Shown: positions 59,868 to 64,000 of the stretch, one piece after another | Layout of the letters: each line of letters begins with the position of its first letter | Position numbering within the stretch: position 1 is the stretch's first letter | DNA from: Desulfobulbaceae bacterium | Lineage (GTDB): Bacteria; Bacteroidota; Ignavibacteria; Kapaibacteriales; UBA2268 | DNA: 64,000 nucleotides | Direction: 5' to 3' | NCBI GenBank assembly: GCA_018335795.1 | Contig: JAGXRP010000066.1 | Span: 94,317 to 158,316 of the forward strand | Position numbers and translations under genes: made by a program | Notes under the pieces: model-generated | Databases searched by the model: none | What the model was told of the DNA's origin: nothing | Seen by the model: only the letters and a program-made list of their open reading frames with translations

Positions 59868-60009
59868 GTTCAATCCCATCTTTGTTCCTGAACCGAAACT
59901 AATGTACCAAAATCAAAACAAGGAAATCCCCCGAAAGCCGTTCCCCCTCTTGTAAGAGGGGGTTAGGGGGTGTTCTGTATCAAAAAAAAACAAAAAAAAA
60001 CAAAAATAA

Positions 60010-60040
60010 TTTGCACAGTATAAAAAATTTTATATATTTG
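60010..60040 (+). promoter_or_regulatory. Consensus FCB-type promoter inside repeat unit 3
   Basis: Identical to the unit 2 promoter. Confidence 0.5.
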
Positions 60041-60104
60041 CATTGCCTTTAAAATTATTTTAAAAATATTTAATTTTTAAAAACAAAAACACAATTTCTC
60101 TACC

Positions 60105-60140
60105 AAAGCGAGCTCCCCGTGCTCGCTTTGGTTTTTTTTA
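60105..60140 (+). terminator. Rho-independent terminator of unit 3
   Basis: aaagcgagc/gctcgcttt stem followed by T9. Confidence 0.7.
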
Positions 60141-60268
60141 TACCCACTGTGCCGTCCGTCAGTTGAACAACTGACGAGACACAAAAACCTGCTTTGCCAA
60201 AGGGGGATTTCCCCAAAAAAAAGCTGCCCCAATCGAGACAGCCATTTTTGTACAATATTGCTATGTAA

Positions 60269-62398
60269 TTAATTCGATGGTTCGGATATCAATCCACGCT
60301 TGCGGAGTAATGGCTCAATTGATGGCTCGGCACCGCGGAATTTGACGTATAGTTTCATCGGGTCTTCAGAGCGACCGCGTTCTAAGATGTTTTTTCGTAA
60401 AGAAGTGGCTGTCTTTTGGTCGAAAATTCCGTTTTCTTTGAATGCTTCGAATGCGTCCGAATCTAACACGCCTGACCAAATATAGCTGTAATATCCCGAT
60501 GAATATCCACCTGCAAAAATGTGGTTGAAGTATGTGCTTCTGTATCTGGGGATTATTTCGTCAATTAGTCCGATTTTCTTCATCTCTTTTTCCTCGAATG
60601 AGTTAACGTCCGATGTAAATGGTTTTGTCAAGGTGTGGTAAGCCATGTCGAGGTATGATGCCGCAAGGTATTCGCCTGTAGCAAATCCTTGGTTGAAGTG
60701 CTCGCTGGCACGCATCTTATTCAATAATTCACGGGGAATGACTTCGCCTGTTTTGTAGTGCTTGGCATACATTGCCATTACTTCGTCTTCTGCCGCCCAA
60801 TGTTCCATCACTTGCGATGGCAATTCGACAAAATCACGTGGCACGCTTGTACCTGATATCGAGACGTAATCGCATTGCGAAAATAGCCCATGAAGCGCAT
60901 GTCCGAACTCATGGAATAGGGTTGAGGCTTCGTCAAAAGTTAATAGTGATGGCGTATCTCCCGTGGGTGGCGAGAAGTTGCAAACGATGCTTACTACAGG
61001 GTGCACTCGCTTTCCGTCTTTGTTGAATTGCTCGCGGAAGCTGGTCATCCATGCACCGCCGCGTTTGCTGGCTCTTGGATGGAAATCTGTGTAAAACACA
61101 GATAAATGGCTCCCGTCTTTGTCCAAAACTTCGTAACATTTTACGTCTTCGTGATATACGGGAATATTTTTGATTTCTTTGAAAGAAATTCCCCAAAGTT
61201 TGTTTGCAACAGTGAAGGCACCTTGTAATACGTTATCCAGTTTGAAATAGGGACGAAGTGCTTCTTCGTCCAAGTCGAATTTTTCTTGACGCACTTTTTC
61301 GGCATAATAGCGCCAATCCCATGGTTCGAGTTTGAAATCCCCACCTTCGCGATTAATAAGTGCTTGGAATTGCATAGCTTCGTCCTTTGCAACTTTCAGA
61401 GCCGGTTCCCATAATTGGTCTAATAATTTGTAAACTCCTTCGGGGTTTTTCGCCATATTTTCTTCTAAAATGAAATGTGCATGGCTTTCATACCCGAGTA
61501 ATTGAGCGCGTTGAATTCGCAAATTAACTAAATTTTTGATTATTTCCTTATTGTCGAATTCGTTACCGTTGTTGCCACGTAGCATATATGCACGCCAGAT
61601 TTTTTCACGCAAATCTCGTTTGGCTGAATATTGCAAAAAAGGTAATAGGCTTGGGTTTTGCAATGTGAACATCCATTTGCCCTTATGTCCGGCTTTAGTG
61701 GCAGTTTCGGCGGCTGCATCAATAAGCGATTGTGGCAATCCTACCAAATCTTCTTTTTTATCCAAGAGCATCTGGAAGGCGTTATTTTCTGCTAATACAT
61801 TTTCGCCATATTTTAATGTCAATGATGACATTTCCTCGTTGATTTTACGCAATTTAGCTTGGTCATTGTCGTTGAGTCCGGCTCCATTGCGGATGAAACC
61901 TTTGTAAGTTTCTTCAAGCAATACGGCTTTTTCGCCGGTCAATTTCAATTTATCTTTTTGTTCGTAAACGCTTTTGACTTTGTTGAATAATATTTTATTC
62001 AAACGGATATTGTCGCCGTGCTTTGTGAGTTCGGGAGAGATTTCGCGAGCAAAAGCTTGAATATCAGGGTTTGTATTTGCTGAGTTGAGGTTGAAAAATA
62101 CACGTGAAACCGAAGCAAGCAATGAGCCGGCGCGTTCCAAAGCCTCGATAGTGTTCTCAAAAGTTGGGACTGCACGATTATTAGTGATTGCGCCGATTTC
62201 GAGATTATGTTGATGGAATGCTTCGTCAAAAGCGGGTTTGAAATGCTCTATTTTAATCTTATCGAAAGGTGGCACCCCAAAAGGCGTATCGAATGGCTTC
62301 AATAGCGGGTTGTCTTCTTTTGCATTTGCAGACATAATATTCATAAATAGTATCCCAATAAACAGATTCATAATAATAAACTTCATCATTCTATCCAA
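60269..62398 (-). CDS. dcp: M3-family zinc metallopeptidase (peptidyl-dipeptidase Dcp / oligopeptidase A-like), secreted
   Basis: Signal peptide. HEFGHALHG (HExxH zinc site) with the downstream Glu context typical of M3 peptidases. 709 aa. Confidence 0.85.
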   Translation of the reverse strand: MDRMMKFIIMNLFIGILFMNIMSANAKEDNPLLKPFDTPFGVPPFDKIKIEHFKPAFDEAFHQHNLEIGAITNNRAVPTFENTIEALERAGSLLASVSRVFFNLNSANTNPDIQAFAREISPELTKHGDNIRLNKILFNKVKSVYEQKDKLKLTGEKAVLLEETYKGFIRNGAGLNDNDQAKLRKINEEMSSLTLKYGENVLAENNAFQMLLDKKEDLVGLPQSLIDAAAETATKAGHKGKWMFTLQNPSLLPFLQYSAKRDLREKIWRAYMLRGNNGNEFDNKEIIKNLVNLRIQRAQLLGYESHAHFILEENMAKNPEGVYKLLDQLWEPALKVAKDEAMQFQALINREGGDFKLEPWDWRYYAEKVRQEKFDLDEEALRPYFKLDNVLQGAFTVANKLWGISFKEIKNIPVYHEDVKCYEVLDKDGSHLSVFYTDFHPRASKRGGAWMTSFREQFNKDGKRVHPVVSIVCNFSPPTGDTPSLLTFDEASTLFHEFGHALHGLFSQCDYVSISGTSVPRDFVELPSQVMEHWAAEDEVMAMYAKHYKTGEVIPRELLNKMRASEHFNQGFATGEYLAASYLDMAYHTLTKPFTSDVNSFEEKEMKKIGLIDEIIPRYRSTYFNHIFAGGYSSGYYSYIWSGVLDSDAFEAFKENGIFDQKTATSLRKNILERGRSEDPMKLYVKFRGAEPSIEPLLRKRGLISEPSN

Positions 62399-62478
62399 TT
62401 AATTAAACTATACATATCTTACAAATTTACGAATAAATAAATCATTTGTTTCACTAAATCGGATTGCCAAAACAAAAA

Positions 62479-62502
62479 AAGCCTCAAACGAATTTGAGGC
62501 TT
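62479..62502 (-). terminator. Rho-independent terminator (minus strand) after the lipoprotein gene
   Basis: aagcctcaaa-cgaa-tttgaggctt, a 10-bp stem. On the minus strand it is followed by TTTTTTTGTTTT. Confidence 0.75.
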
Positions 62503-62529
62503 AGGTTCTGTTTTTGTATAAACTTTATT

Positions 62530-63465
62530 TTATGATATGCGGATAACTCGAATCTTGAAGTTCTGAATATCGCCGGCTTTTTCACCGGTCGTAGTGCTAA
62601 ACAACTCACAAGAACCGGTGACTTCGAACTTTGTACCTGCACTTTGGGCAAAATTTTGGATAACTGCTGTACCTATGCAATTAAAAACTGTACCATTATG
62701 CTCTAAATACATAATAGCACCGGAGCTTTCATTAAAATTTACTGTTTGATTACTCTGATTCTGAATGCCGGTAGCAACAATCGAAATCCCAATTCTATAC
62801 ATTTCTTCTTCATCCTCATCATTAGAAATAACCATAGTTAGAGTTCCACTTTGTTGGTCATAAGCGGCAGCACCTTCCAATCTGTCGTCTGAAAATGTAA
62901 TGCTGGCAACTCCATTAATGGTCATTTGAATTTCCATGTACGAATAGTTAAGGTCATCATCCGGGTCATTATCATCTTCATCGGGTAATCTAATTGCTTT
63001 GAACGAGGCAGAAGTTACAGTAAAAGTTTCTAATCCATCCGAACTTATGAATTGACCTGAGAAAGTACCTTCGATTGTTTGACCAACAGCACCGTATTTT
63101 GTAATGTTGATTTTGCCCTTACCCGGTAATGCACCAAAAAGTAGGTTATCCTTCAAAATAAGAACATCATTATTTGGGTTAAAATCAAAACTACCAGTAC
63201 TATTTCCTTGGAATGTAATAGCCATTGCAAAAGCAGTCGGGTTTTGATTTCCAATTGGTACATATGATGTAAAGCCTATTTCTGTATTTCCGAACTTAAT
63301 ATCGTAGGCACCAAATCCGAGTTTGAAGGTCAAATCGCCTTTGTCTGATTTAACAACAGCAGAGTTCCCACCAATATTGTTGTTGTCCGTAGGATTTGTC
63401 GAGTTCTTACTGCAAGATGCTAAAGCCATTGCAAGTGCTAAAAGAATAATAGAAAGGTACTTCAT
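62530..63465 (-). CDS. Hypothetical lipoprotein
   Basis: Probable start MKYLSIILLALAMALASCSKNS (signal peptide and lipobox Cys). The body is Gly/Thr/Asn-rich and predicted beta-rich. No recognisable family. Confidence 0.5.
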   Translation of the reverse strand: MKYLSIILLALAMALASCSKNSTNPTDNNNIGGNSAVVKSDKGDLTFKLGFGAYDIKFGNTEIGFTSYVPIGNQNPTAFAMAITFQGNSTGSFDFNPNNDVLILKDNLLFGALPGKGKINITKYGAVGQTIEGTFSGQFISSDGLETFTVTSASFKAIRLPDEDDNDPDDDLNYSYMEIQMTINGVASITFSDDRLEGAAAYDQQSGTLTMVISNDEDEEEMYRIGISIVATGIQNQSNQTVNFNESSGAIMYLEHNGTVFNCIGTAVIQNFAQSAGTKFEVTGSCELFSTTTGEKAGDIQNFKIRVIRIS

Positions 63466-63610
63466 CTTACAATTTCCTAAAAAGTTTATAAACAAGTTAG
63501 GCAAATATAAGAATAATTTTAATTAAGGCAAAGCAAAAAAATCTGTATTTATATTAAATTATCACAGGAGTTAGGGCTAAGGGATATCAAATTTGTGGCA
63601 AATATTATTT

Positions 63611-64000
63611 CTAAAAATCCTTTTTCGTAAAAATTCTCTTTGTGAACAAAATTGGCGATGCAGTCCAAATTAACATTAGTACGATTGAAATGATTAGTCC
63701 GAGCGAAGTGCTGAAATAATTTCGGAATACTAAGCCCGTATAGCCAAGCACAGCGGCACTTTCGAAGTTCAGAATGACAGAAACGCGAGCCAAGTCCACC
63801 GGGTTGATGATTGTCGTGATGAGTATCATGTTGTCAAGCGGATAATCTTTTAGTAGGATTATCATCGAAAGGATGAGTGCGTCGTAAAGGACCGATGCGA
63901 ATAGCCACAACACGATTCCAAGCCCGAACCCGATGATTCGATTTTCGTTTTTCAATACGATGAGCAGCGATATGCCCGTAAATATGAATGTTAGAGCGAT
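63611..64000 (-). CDS. Integral membrane protein, 5'-truncated by the window edge
   Basis: The reading frame is open through position 64000 (upstream codons read ...IALTFIFTGISLLIVLKNENR). There are multiple hydrophobic helices. The tool's Met at 63955 is internal. Confidence 0.5.
   Translation of the reverse strand: MALTFIFTGISLLIVLKNENRIIGFGLGIVLWLFASVLYDALILSMIILLKDYPLDNMILITTIINPVDLARVSVILNFESAAVLGYTGLVFRNYFSTSLGLIISIVLMLIWTASPILFTKRIFTKKDF

Larger units (their letters stand above)
59990..60215 (+). repeat. Repeat unit 3 of the mini-cassette family (right island boundary copy)
   Basis: Promoter TTTG(60010-13)-N19-TATATTTG(60033-40). The body is identical to unit 2 and the terminator hairpin is of the unit-1 type (aaagcgagc-tccccgtg-ctcgcttt + T9), giving a mosaic. 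Then cccactgtgccgtccgtcagttgaacaactgacgagacacaaaa. Confidence 0.75.
54299..60260. mobile_element. tRNA-Pro-adjacent genomic island (~6 kb) flanked by ~200-bp direct repeats; no integrase detected
   Basis: It starts immediately 3' of tRNA-Pro. Near-identical repeat blocks at 54640-54830 and 60003-60215 bracket three cargo genes (Type IIG RM, DUF3800, DUF5131). The first two-thirds of the RM gene are markedly more GC-rich than the host. Confidence 0.5.

Noticed and set aside
59868-59895. tRNA 3' fragment (ggttcaatccca) as an attR core
   Set aside because: There is only an 11-nt loose resemblance to the T-arm of tRNA-Pro. The similarity is too short and divergent. The true repeat boundaries are the ~200-bp cassette units.

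Overview
The window is AT-rich bacterial DNA, probably from the FCB group (Bacteroidota or Ignavibacteriota-like). Three lines of evidence support this placement: several proteins end in T9SS C-terminal sorting domains, intergenic promoters match the TTTG-N19-TAnnTTTG pattern, and many starts have AGGAG-like ribosome-binding sites. Taxonomy is an inference from these features only.

Layout along the window:
- 1-6.9 kb (minus strand): DUF4249-like lipoprotein, TonB-dependent receptor, DnaQ-exonuclease/GIY-YIG fusion, HAD hydrolase and an RsmB-like rRNA methyltransferase.
- 7.4-29.5 kb (plus strand): a run of four secreted proteins. A small T9SS-tagged protein is followed by two giant fibrous adhesin-like proteins (1889 and 1235 aa) that share an unusual C-terminal domain, and then a 3869-aa protein made of beta-helix, Ig-like and Fn3 repeats with a T9SS sorting domain.
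- 29.6-33.5 kb: a CPA2 K+/H+ antiporter, then a small accessory patch of PIN-like protein, TehB-like methyltransferase and a DUF2442 fragment.
- 33.6-54.1 kb:
  - Short- and branched-chain acyl-CoA catabolic genes: hbd, two acyl-CoA dehydrogenases, a YhdH-type reductase, HMG-CoA lyase and fused isobutyryl-CoA mutase IcmF.
  - DinB, an orphan HicB-like antitoxin, an MsbA-like ABC exporter, a BatA-like VWA protein and an OPT transporter.
- 54.2 kb: tRNA-Pro(GGG).
- 54.3-60.26 kb: a roughly 6-kb island directly 3' of the tRNA, bounded by ~200-bp direct repeats. Each repeat carries a consensus promoter, a short transcribed stretch, a hairpin terminator and a conserved 21-bp palindrome, so each could encode a small RNA. 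The island carries a single-chain Type IIG restriction-modification enzyme whose gene has mosaic base composition. Next to it is a DUF3800 / Gp37-Gp68 (DUF5131) gene pair. No integrase is present. This island is the most interesting part of the window and is a candidate for a previously undescribed defence module.
- 60.3-64 kb (minus strand): M3 peptidase, a lipoprotein and a partial membrane protein.

No rRNA or CRISPR array is present.
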